From NCBI GenBank assembly GCA_965261005.1, contig OZ253376.1:160001-224000 (forward strand): 64,000 bases of DNA. Direction: 5' to 3'. The position numbers and the translations under genes were made by a program. The DNA comes from Deinococcus sp. (GTDB lineage Bacteria; Deinococcota; Deinococci; Deinococcales; Deinococcaceae). Positions 55,657-64,000 of this stretch are shown here, one piece after another. The stretch's first letter is position 1. Each line of letters begins with the position of its first letter. The notes under the pieces are model-generated. The model worked only from the letters and a program-made list of their open reading frames with translations. It ran no database searches and was not told the origin of the DNA.

Positions 55657-56109
55657 ATGGACGATTTGCTCACCTCCCGTCTTTGCACTGCCCTGATGCG
55701 GATCGGCACCAAGATGGCGACCGGCTTCGACCAACACTTCGCCGTGCTTGGCCTCACGCAAGCGCAGTTTCGTCTTCTGCTCGCCGTGTGGGAGGAGGGC
55801 GGATCAGAAGGGATCGCCCCCTCCGTCCTCGCCGAGCACCTGCTGGTCGAGCGCGCGACCATCTCCGTCCTCTCGACCGTCCTGGTGGACCGTGGCCTGA
55901 TCGAGCGCCGTCCCGGCGAAAACCGCCGCTCCCACAAGCTCGCCCTCACGGCGGGGGGAGGAGACCTGCTTCAACGTGCCGTCCCACGTGCTATCAGCCT
56001 GGCTGACTACACGCTCGCCACCATCGATCCCGCGCAGCTCCTGGCCCTGCGTGAACAGCTCGACCTCATCGAGGCCAGGCTACGCGACTTCACCCCCCCG
56101 GAGGAATAA
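55657..56109 (+). CDS. MarR family regulator
   Basis: 'GLTQAQFRLL', 'LVDRGLIER', 'RRSHKLALT..G'. Confidence 0.88.
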   Translation: MDDLLTSRLCTALMRIGTKMATGFDQHFAVLGLTQAQFRLLLAVWEEGGSEGIAPSVLAEHLLVERATISVLSTVLVDRGLIERRPGENRRSHKLALTAGGGDLLQRAVPRAISLADYTLATIDPAQLLALREQLDLIEARLRDFTPPEE

Positions 56110-56111
56110 CC

Positions 56112-56642
56112 ATGCCCGAATTGCTGCACACCGTCCTGCGTGCCGCGCACATCCTCTTCGGCATGGGGGGCTTCCTGCTCGGTGCCTTCGCCATCTTCCT
56201 GCCCAAGTTCGGGCGGAACTCGCGCTGGCACCGCCTGGTGGGCCGGGGATACGGGGTCAACATGGTGGGAATGGGCGTCTTGTCCATCCCCCTCTCGGTC
56301 CGACAGGGCGACTGGCTGCTGCTTGTAATCGGGGTGCTGACCCTGTTCTGGGTGGTGGGCGGCTGGTGGGCACTGCGGCGCTTGCTCAGAGCACGGTCTG
56401 CGGGACAACCGGAAGCGGCAAGTCTCTGGCTGGGCCGTCACATCAATCTGATGGGCTCGTCCTACATTGCCGCCTGGACTGCCTTTCTGGTGAACGTCCA
56501 GCCGCTCGGTGGCGGCGCGCTGCTGTTCACCCTGTACATCGCCGTGCCGTCCATCGTCGGTAGCATTGCCATCCGGCAGGCCATCACCCGGCAGGGTCGT
56601 GTGCCCGAGCGGCCATTCACCGTGCTTCAAAAAGGCGGCTGA
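56112..56642 (+). CDS. Integral membrane protein (DUF2306-like)
   Basis: Several TM segments, 'WHRLVGRGY', 'HINLMGSSYIA'; GAGGA RBS. Confidence 0.65.
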   Translation: MPELLHTVLRAAHILFGMGGFLLGAFAIFLPKFGRNSRWHRLVGRGYGVNMVGMGVLSIPLSVRQGDWLLLVIGVLTLFWVVGGWWALRRLLRARSAGQPEAASLWLGRHINLMGSSYIAAWTAFLVNVQPLGGGALLFTLYIAVPSIVGSIAIRQAITRQGRVPERPFTVLQKGG

Positions 56643-56646
56643 GCAC

Positions 56647-58134
56647 ATGACCGAAGAAACGTTGTCCGTGAACCCAGGCGTTGGCAATTTTCCCCCTGAC
56701 CTGGCCCCTCCCAGGGACACCCGGCGCTGGCTGGCCCTGCTGGTCCTGCTGCTGGCGGGCTTCATGGACCTGCTCGACACCACCATCGTGAACATCGCCC
56801 TTCCTGACATCGGGCGCACGTTGCACGCCAGCAGCGCGGCCCTGCAATGGATCGTCCTGGGCTACACCCTGGCCTTTGGGATGCTGCTGGTGGTTGGTGG
56901 ACGACTGGGAGACCTGTTCGGTCGCCGCCAGGTCTTCGCGCTGGGCGTCGTCGGCTTCACGCTGGCCTCGGCCCTGTGCGGTCTGGCCTCATCAGCGGAC
57001 GTGCTGGTGATCGCGCGTTTGCTCCAGGGAAGCGCCGCCGCACTGATGGTGCCGCAGGTGCTCTCCATCATCCAGGTGTCTTTTTCATCCTCAGAACGTG
57101 CCAAGGCCCTGGGTGCCTACGGCGCGGTCAACGGTCTGGCCGCGGTGGCGGGACCGCTCCTGGGAGGCTGGTTCACCTCGGCGGACTGGCACGGCCTGTC
57201 CTGGCGACCGATCTTCCTGATCAACGTGCCGGTCGGCGCGCTGACCCTGCTGCTCACCTTTCTGCTCATCCGCGAGACCCGGGCGGCACGGGTGACCCGG
57301 CTCGACCTGCCTGGGATGGCCCTCCTCACCCTGGGGTTGCTCGCGCTGCTCGGTCCCCTGGTACAGGGCCGCGAGCTGGGCTGGCCGCTCTGGAGCATTC
57401 TGCTGCCGCTCGCCTCCCTGCTGCTGCTGGCCGCCTTTGTCTGGTGGGAGCGTCGGCAGGAGCGGCTTGGGGGTGACCCGCTACTCCCGCCCTCGCTGTT
57501 CCGGCAACGGGCCTTCACGGCGGGGCTGCTGGTGAATCTGGTGTTCGCGGCAGGAGTGGCGTCCCTCTTCCTGGTGCTGGCCGTCACCTTGCAATCCGGG
57601 TTGGGCTTCACGCCGTGGCAGGCGAGCCTGGTGATCGTGCCGTTCTCGCTGGCCGTCGCGGTGGGCTCGGGGCTGTCGGTGGTGCTGGGGCGGTTCGGAC
57701 GCCTGCCCTTGCAGCTCGGCACGCTGCTGCTGGCGGCGGGGGCATTGGGCCTGCTCCTGGTGCTGAACACCTTTGGCGCCGACCTGAACGCCTGGCGCCT
57801 GACCCTGCCGCTCGCCACCTGCGGACTGGGCATGGGCCTGGTCATCGCGCCCCTGCTGGACGTGATTCTGAGCGGTGTGCCCGGAGAGAGCGCCGGGGCG
57901 GCCTCGGGCGTGCTGGGGGCCGTGGGGCCGCTGGGACAGGCGGTCGGCGTGGCCTCACTCGGCACGTTGTTCTTCGGCGTGCTGGGCACAAGTCTCCGGG
58001 AGCCTAACTTCACGCACGCCCTGGCCGTCACGCTGTGGGCGCAGGTGGCCGTGTTCCTGGTGAGCTTCGCGCTGGTCTTTTTGCTCCCGAAGAGTGTGAA
58101 CCCGGTACCCCTGACCGAAGGAGCCGCACCATGA
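56647..58134 (+). CDS. MFS drug:H+ antiporter (DHA2/EmrB-like)
   Basis: 'LDTTIVNIALP', 'GRLGDLFGRR', 'WRPIFLINVP'. Confidence 0.92.
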   Translation: MTEETLSVNPGVGNFPPDLAPPRDTRRWLALLVLLLAGFMDLLDTTIVNIALPDIGRTLHASSAALQWIVLGYTLAFGMLLVVGGRLGDLFGRRQVFALGVVGFTLASALCGLASSADVLVIARLLQGSAAALMVPQVLSIIQVSFSSSERAKALGAYGAVNGLAAVAGPLLGGWFTSADWHGLSWRPIFLINVPVGALTLLLTFLLIRETRAARVTRLDLPGMALLTLGLLALLGPLVQGRELGWPLWSILLPLASLLLLAAFVWWERRQERLGGDPLLPPSLFRQRAFTAGLLVNLVFAAGVASLFLVLAVTLQSGLGFTPWQASLVIVPFSLAVAVGSGLSVVLGRFGRLPLQLGTLLLAAGALGLLLVLNTFGADLNAWRLTLPLATCGLGMGLVIAPLLDVILSGVPGESAGAASGVLGAVGPLGQAVGVASLGTLFFGVLGTSLREPNFTHALAVTLWAQVAVFLVSFALVFLLPKSVNPVPLTEGAAP

Positions 58135-58550
58135 AACCAGAGAACCGTCGGCACGCGGGCATCATCCTGCTTGTCCTCCCCACTGTGATCTACGGCGGTG
58201 TCAGCCTCCTGACCCTGCTGACCAGCGGACCCGACTACGCCAGCAATCCCTTACGCCAGGACCTCTGGCGGGCCGGACACGCCCACGCCGCCGTCCTGCT
58301 GATGCTGTCCCTCCTGGCCCTCCTGCTGGCGGAGCACGCCCAGCTTTCAACCTTCTGGGAACGGCTCGCCACGACCCTGATCCCCGCCTCGGCGATCCTT
58401 CTGCCCGCCGCCTTCTTCCTGTCGGTCGCCTCACCCACCGCGACGAAACCCAACGGCCTGATCTCCCTGGCCTACGTCGGCGCTGTTGCGCTCGTGGCTG
58501 GCGTGCTGATCCTGGGCATCGGGCTGATGCGCCGACCGGCGGTGAAGTGA
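58131..58550 (+). CDS. Small membrane protein of unknown function
   Basis: ATGA overlap, about 4 TM segments, 'RAGHAHA' motif. Confidence 0.7.
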   Translation: MKPENRRHAGIILLVLPTVIYGGVSLLTLLTSGPDYASNPLRQDLWRAGHAHAAVLLMLSLLALLLAEHAQLSTFWERLATTLIPASAILLPAAFFLSVASPTATKPNGLISLAYVGAVALVAGVLILGIGLMRRPAVK

Positions 58551-59233
58551 TGAAGGCTCCAGGGAAAATTGCGTTGGGCGTCCTGTTCGCCGGAGTGTTG
58601 GTGCTGGGCGTCGGTGTCTGGCGTGCGGCCCGCCTCGCCGTGACTTATCCGCAGTTCTGGCAGGAGCAGGCGGCCCGGCCGGTGGCCCCGAATGCTCTCC
58701 GTCTGATCGCGCTGGGAGACTCGACAACGCAGGCGATTGGGGCGTCGGAACCGCTCAGGGGCTTTGTCGGTCTCATCGCCGCGCACGTGGCGCGGCAGAC
58801 CGGGCGGCCCATCCACATCAGCAACGTGAGCGTGGGTGGGGCGACGGTGGGCGAGATGCTCCGCAAACAGCTTCCCCGAGTAAACGTAGGGGCGGCGGAC
58901 CTGGTCGTCGTGTCGAGTGCGAACGATCTGGAGCAGCGCGTCCCGCTGGAACAGTATCGGCGGGAGTTGACGGCGCTCCTCGCGGCCCTGCCCGCTACGC
59001 GCACGGTGCTTTCGGACCTTCCACTGGAACCTGGGCGCGGACCCTATCAGGCGGTGTTGGAACAGGTGGCGGACGTGCATGGCGTTGCACGGGCCGACTT
59101 TGCTCAGGTCTTTCGGGAGAAGGGGCGTCGGCTGGACATCTTCTCGCTGCTGTTCCCGCACCTGAACGACCGGGGGTACGGATTGTGGTTCGAGGCCTTT
59201 CGTTCAGAGGTGGACAGGATTGTGCAGGGGTGA
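58550..59233 (+). CDS. SGNH/GDSL hydrolase, membrane-anchored
   Basis: 'ALGDSTT', 'SVGGAT', 'ANDL', 'PHLNDRGY'. Confidence 0.85.
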   Translation: MKAPGKIALGVLFAGVLVLGVGVWRAARLAVTYPQFWQEQAARPVAPNALRLIALGDSTTQAIGASEPLRGFVGLIAAHVARQTGRPIHISNVSVGGATVGEMLRKQLPRVNVGAADLVVVSSANDLEQRVPLEQYRRELTALLAALPATRTVLSDLPLEPGRGPYQAVLEQVADVHGVARADFAQVFREKGRRLDIFSLLFPHLNDRGYGLWFEAFRSEVDRIVQG

Positions 59234-59338
59234 CCTGGCCTCCCGGCACAAGTTTCTGCTCCTACGCCCGTCAGACCTCAACGTTGCGGTCGTTTAGGAT
59301 AATTTGACATAAGTTGCATCTATTGTCACAATGCCTCC

Positions 59339-59902
59339 ATGCCAGCGACCATGACAGAGGACGAAGCTGCCGTCCGGCGCGCGAGAGTTCTGACCGCCGC
59401 GCGCTGGTGCTTCCTGAACTTCGGCTTTACGAAGACGGCGTTCGAGGACATTGCCAAGCGCGCCAACCTCTCGCGGACGCTGCTCTACCGGATCTTCAAA
59501 AACAAGGAGGAGATTTACCGGGCCGTCTTCGTGGACTGGCTGGTCTCCCGGCACCCTGCGGCGAAAGAGGCGGCGAAGGGGCCTGGCAGCCCCTACAAGC
59601 GCCTGCTCAGCGTATGCCGTTTGATGGTGTTCGAACCCTGGGCCGAGATGGTCGGCACGCCCATGGGGGGCGAGTTCCTCGAGGTTTGTGAGCGGATCGA
59701 CCCCGAAACCGAGGCGCTCTACCGCGAGGTCGTGCACGAATGCGTCGCCGCCATCTTGGGCGACGGAGCGAGCGCCGAGGTCTTCCTCCTTGCGTTAGAC
59801 GGGTTGCTCGCGGACCAGCCCTCGGTGGAGGTGCTCGAGCAGCGGACGCAGCTCCTCGCCGCGCGCTTCGCTCCTCGCCCAAAGAAAGGAACGCAATCAT
59901 GA
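59339..59902 (+). CDS. TetR family regulator
   Basis: 'FEDIAKRANLSRTLLYRIFKNKEE'. Confidence 0.88.
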   Translation: MPATMTEDEAAVRRARVLTAARWCFLNFGFTKTAFEDIAKRANLSRTLLYRIFKNKEEIYRAVFVDWLVSRHPAAKEAAKGPGSPYKRLLSVCRLMVFEPWAEMVGTPMGGEFLEVCERIDPETEALYREVVHECVAAILGDGASAEVFLLALDGLLADQPSVEVLEQRTQLLAARFAPRPKKGTQS

Positions 59903-60771
59903 CAGCGTCACCTGAAACCCAAGAGATCGCCATCATCACGGGGGCGTCTAGCGGCATCGGCGCGGCCACGGCGCGCGAACTGGCCCGGCGGGGGTTCCAC
60001 GTCCTCGCGGGTGTTCGGCGTGACCGGGACGCCGACGCCATCCGGGGGCCGGGCGTGGAACCGATGATCCTCGACATCACCAACCCGGACCACATCCGGG
60101 CACTGGCCACTCGGGTGCATGAAGACCCGCAGGGCCGGGCCGTGCGGGCGCTGGTGAACAACGCCGGGGTGTCGCTCATGGGACCGGTTGAGGCCTTTCC
60201 CATCGAGGAGTGGCGCCGCCTGTTCGAGGTGAACTTCTTCGGCCACATTGCCGTGATTCAGACGGTTTTGCCGGACTTGATCCGCAGTGGGGGCCGCGTG
60301 GTCAACATCAGCTCCCTGGGCGGCAAGGTTGCCCTGGCCACCTACGCTCCTTACGCAAGCACGAAGTTCGCGCTTGAGGCGGCCAGTGACGCCCTGCGCC
60401 GCGAAATCGCCCCGTCCGGCGTCAAGGTTGTCGTGGTCGAACTGGCCGCCGTGCAGACGAGAATTTTTGACCGGGCGATCAGCACTGCCCATGCCCTGGC
60501 GAGGGCCATGACGCCTGACCAACGCCAGCGTTATGGCGGTCTTATGAATGCGGTCACCGCTCAAGCTGCGGCTGGCAGGGACGCGGGCGTCTCCGCTGAC
60601 GCCGCCGCCAGGGTCATCGCCGGGGCCGTGACGGCGCGCACACCGCGCACCCGCTATACCGTCGGCCGCGAGGCCGCCCTGCTGCCCCTGCTCACGGTTC
60701 TGCCCGACCGAATGCTCGACCGCATCTTGACCGCCGCTCTGCGTTCCTACTTTCCCAAGCAGGGCAAGTGA
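59899..60771 (+). CDS. SDR oxidoreductase
   Basis: 'TGASSGIG', 'NNAG', 'YASTK'. Confidence 0.9.
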   Translation: MTASPETQEIAIITGASSGIGAATARELARRGFHVLAGVRRDRDADAIRGPGVEPMILDITNPDHIRALATRVHEDPQGRAVRALVNNAGVSLMGPVEAFPIEEWRRLFEVNFFGHIAVIQTVLPDLIRSGGRVVNISSLGGKVALATYAPYASTKFALEAASDALRREIAPSGVKVVVVELAAVQTRIFDRAISTAHALARAMTPDQRQRYGGLMNAVTAQAAAGRDAGVSADAAARVIAGAVTARTPRTRYTVGREAALLPLLTVLPDRMLDRILTAALRSYFPKQGK

Positions 60772-60827
60772 GCTTGCCGGTTTTATCGACGGACGGCGCT
60801 CCCTGCAGTTCGGCACGACATCCCGCT

Positions 60828-61355
60828 TCAGGCCGTGCGGTAGCGCTGAGCGAGCTGCGGGGCCTGCGCGGCGAAGACGGCGAGGTCGGCGCCGAACACC
60901 GCGTCCAGCAACTCTGAGCGCTCGACGCCGGGCGCGCAGACGACCTCGCCCAGGGCCAGGCCCCGCAGGCTAGCGCTCACCACGTCCTCTGCGGACATGC
61001 GGGGCACCGCGCTGAGGTCCATGCCCTGACGCTCGTGAAACTCGGTCGCGACGACTCCCGGGCAAAGCACCTGGATTCGCAGGCCCTGAGACTTCAGCTC
61101 CTGGTGTAGCGCCTGCGACAGCGCGACGAGGTGGGCCAGCGTCGCGACGTACGTCGCCCGGCCCTGAGCCGGCGCCGGCCCGCTGAACGCCAGCATGCCC
61201 GCCACGTTGATAATAGTGCCCTCGCCCCTGGCGACCATGCCGGGGGCGGCGGCCCGGGTCAGCAGCGTCGGCGCGGCGACGGCCCACCACCACCAGGTCG
61301 TACCCCCTGGCACCGAGCCGCCGGGCAAAGGCCCGCTCGATGCCAGAGGACGCGG
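60828..61355 (-). pseudogene. SDR pseudogene with an internal deletion/frameshift
   Basis: N-terminal ASSGIERAFARRLGARGYDLVVVGRR joins out of frame to APTLLTRAA...CPGVVATEF. Confidence 0.7.
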
Positions 61356-61464
61356 GGTCAGACGGCAGGGTTGTGGCACCTTGACCCGAGCGGGGTCGAT
61401 TTCTACAACGGGCGGTCTGAACCTCAGGCCGTCGGACGAACCGCCTCCTGCCAAATCTGCAACG

Positions 61465-61590
61465 CTACGGACGCCCATGAGAACACCTGCCCGCCTCCAC
61501 CAGCAAGTCGATCAGCGGTGGCGGTCTGTCGGGGGTCACGGTGAAGACGTTGATGAGCGTGAACACGTCGCCTTGCTTGATCGTGGCCAT
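61465..61590 (-). pseudogene. Truncated antibiotic-biosynthesis-monooxygenase-like gene
   Basis: MATIKQGDVFTLINVFTVTPD...LIDLL followed by an early stop. Confidence 0.45.
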
Positions 61591-61741
61591 GACTACTCGA
61601 CTTCAAACGATACCCAGGCGGCGTGCCCGATATGGGAAGAAGGAGCCGCCGTGGCCCCTCGCGCTGAGTACCGCTCACGTTTTGCGGTGGTCGGAGGAGA
61701 GCGCAACCTGCGGGGGCCGGTCACGCCCGGCCCCCACCCGG

Positions 61742-62218
61742 TCAGCCGCCGATCAATTGCTCGGACAGGGCCGTGTACTGCTGATCTTGCTGTTTGATGC
61801 CGTCGAGCAGTTGCTGCAACATGTCGGCGCTGTCATTTTCGCCAATGGCCTGCGCGTAGGTGCGCAGCGTGCCCAGGGACGCGATGTAGTAGTGAAACGA
61901 AATCTGCGCCGAGGCGATGATGCCGAGGTCGCGGGCCAGCGGGTCCTGGTTGCGTTCGCGAATGTTCTTGGCCGTGGCGATCATGCCGTCGATGGTCGCG
62001 TTCTCGATCTTCTCGGGCTGTGCCCCGGACGCCGCGAAGACTTGCAGGAGCGTTTGCTTTTGCTGCTGGGCCGATTGGGAACCTTGCGACAGTTGGGTCT
62101 TGAGCCGCTGGTCGGTCGCGGCGGCGCTGATCTCGTCGGCAGTCTGCGCGCCCTTGTCGTAGGCGTCATGCACGGCTTGCAGTCCCTGGACGTACAGTTC
62201 CTTGATGTTGTCGTTCAT
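61742..62218 (-). CDS. Ferritin-like DUF892 (YciE/YciF) family protein
   Basis: Four-helix pattern, 'RDLGIIASAQ..HYYIASLGTL..YA'; AGGAG RBS. Confidence 0.75.
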   Translation of the reverse strand: MNDNIKELYVQGLQAVHDAYDKGAQTADEISAAATDQRLKTQLSQGSQSAQQQKQTLLQVFAASGAQPEKIENATIDGMIATAKNIRERNQDPLARDLGIIASAQISFHYYIASLGTLRTYAQAIGENDSADMLQQLLDGIKQQDQQYTALSEQLIGG

Positions 62219-62459
62219 TTTAATTCTCCTGTGTTGACTGGCTTTTGTGGGTTGGACGGGTCAGCGCACGAGGCCCAAGACAGCCGCTCCGGGCATCGAG
62301 CGATGAGAACGGCGGGAATTGATGGTGGATGGGCGGCACTTGGCCAGGCGGCGTCGGTCTACCTTCAAACGCTGCACACGTCATCCACGACCACCAAGCA
62401 AAACAGATGTGACGCCACGTCAAGCTGTCCGCTGGGCAACAAGAACTTCCGCAACCGGG

Positions 62460-62957
62460 TTACATCTGCATCTCCTTTCGGTCGACCTCCTCATTAACCG
62501 CGCTGAGCACGTTCGCCAGGAACGCGTCCATTTGGGTCAGCACTTCGAGGGCCGCCGCGATGCGCTCGGTGCCGAGGGCCGCCACAAGCTCGCGCGCCCA
62601 GGGTCTCCAGCGGTCTCCGGCGGCGCTCGCGGCGGCCCTACCTGCGGGCGTGAGGACGACGAGCTTGGCGCGTTGGTGGTGCGGATTGGGTTCAAAACGC
62701 ACCAGATCCCGCTTCGCCAGCAAATCGACGACGCGCTGCACCGCTTGCCGCGACAGCCCCATGTTGCGCGCGATGTGCGCCACGGGCAGGGGCGCGGGCG
62801 AAAGGTCGAGCGCCCCAAGCACCTGCCACCATGCCGTGGTCAGCCCGATGTCCATGACCAGTTGATTGCCCACCTCAATCAAGCGTCCGTTGAGCCGGAA
62901 CACCGCGAGGGTCAGGTCGCTCACAACGTCATCCCCGTTGACGTCTCGACTGGTCAC
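62460..62957 (-). CDS. MarR family regulator
   Basis: 'IARNMGLSRQAVQRVVD', 'NPHHQRAKLVVLT'. Confidence 0.85.
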   Translation of the reverse strand: MTSRDVNGDDVVSDLTLAVFRLNGRLIEVGNQLVMDIGLTTAWWQVLGALDLSPAPLPVAHIARNMGLSRQAVQRVVDLLAKRDLVRFEPNPHHQRAKLVVLTPAGRAAASAAGDRWRPWARELVAALGTERIAAALEVLTQMDAFLANVLSAVNEEVDRKEMQM

Positions 62958-63249
62958 GACAATAGATTGTCATTTGGTCATGATGTTGTCATTAAATTGC
63001 GCTCAACGGCAGTCAACATCCTCCACAGCTTGTCAGTATGGATGGTTTCCGGCACGTCGTATCCCCCCAGCAGGCGCTAAAAGAGCGATTCGGCGGCCTC
63101 GGTGTCGCGGTGTTCTGAAGGACAACTTCCAGCACGGCACCGTGTTCATCCACGGCCCGCCAGCGGCCAAGCTCGGGAGGTGCCGTCTTGGCTAAGACAC
63201 AGCCACTGTTTGACCCCGCCCACCTCTATACACATCTCGTCATAGCGGC

Positions 63250-63510
63250 GTCCGGGAACTTCAGGGTTTCGCCATCGGGATCGGTCGCGATTACGACGCG
63301 ATTCTGAGGGAGGTGGATACGCCGTTCAGCAATGGTCAGGTAGAAGGTCAGGTGAACCGGCTGAAGACGCTGAAACGCGGCAAGATAAGCGCCGGGTCGC
63401 CCCGGCGCGTCGGTGCCACGTACGGTCAGTCAGGTCTGGAACTGCTCCGAGCACGGGCGCTGTATCGAGCCAGCGTGCCTGAAACCCAATCATCAAGATC
63501 TGCGGAGCCT
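63250..63510 (+). mobile_element. ISL3-family transposase C-terminal remnant
   Basis: 'SNGQVEGQVNRLKTLKR...YG...LELLRAR'; no N-terminus; boundaries approximate. Confidence 0.7.
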
Positions 63511-63705
63511 CTCTTTTTTATAGCGCCATCGATACTGGAACGCAGTTCTTTTGGTTTCAAAATCAACTATGGGGCAAAAAGCACGTTTTAGACAGCCTTT
63601 TCCAAACTGCAAAATGTCAGACAACCGTGTCGACGAAAGCGGGGCAAGCTCAGCGGCGTGCTGGGAACGACCCTTATGGACTCCCTTTTCATTTCACCGG
63701 TGCCG

Positions 63706-64000
63706 TCAGCCGAGAACTTCTGTCCAGAAAGTAACGCTGGCCCGTTCGTATAGCAGGCCCATGCGCAGGGGTTCCCGTTCAGGATGGTCATGGGACACGC
63801 GAGCAATCAGTCGCTCGTACTCGTGCAGCCGCTCTTGGTGAAGCGCCAGCTGCTCCGCCGCCAGACGGGCCAGGCCCTGCGCGGTTCCTTGCTCACTAAA
63901 AAACAGCTTGAGCAGGCCCGGATCGCGCAGTTCGGGAAACCCGGCGGGGTGCGTCAGCCATTCAGTGAGCCTCAAGCGCCCAGCAGGCGTGATGGTGTAG
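63706..64000 (-). CDS. PadR family regulator, partial (5' end outside the window)
   Basis: 'YTITPAG..RLTEWL', 'ELRDPGLLKLFF', 'LRMGLLYE'. Confidence 0.75.
   Translation of the reverse strand, partial: YTITPAGRLRLTEWLTHPAGFPELRDPGLLKLFFSEQGTAQGLARLAAEQLALHQERLHEYERLIARVSHDHPEREPLRMGLLYERASVTFWTEVLG

Overview
A GC-rich bacterial accessory region, most likely from a Deinococcus chromid or megaplasmid (inferred from GC content, the ~140-bp dyad repeats and gene style). It holds a peptide ABC importer with two tandem beta-lactamase-fold hydrolases and an N-acyl-D-amino-acid deacylase, and a YagTSR/PaoABC-type molybdo-oxidoreductase. It also holds a LacI-controlled glycoside locus (GH42, GH1, GH-A lipoprotein, nucleoside hydrolase, and an ABC importer whose second permease has an in-frame amber stop). 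Other content: many TetR/HxlR/MarR + SDR/AKR modules, a second peptide ABC importer, an S8 lipoprotease with a bulb-type lectin domain, a riboswitch-led cobalamin salvage operon, an IS630, a resolvase and several gene remnants. The main finding is an intact IS110-family element (40844-42149, minus strand) inserted at a CT core inside one of three copies of a ~140-bp intergenic repeat. Its upstream non-coding end reads as a complete bridge RNA, with one loop matching the repeat target and a second matching its own donor junction. A TTGACA-N17-TATGTT promoter would form only on circularisation. An empty near-perfect target sits in the repeat copy at 8624-8763. The downstream end of the element carries a further, unexplained pseudoknot-like structure.
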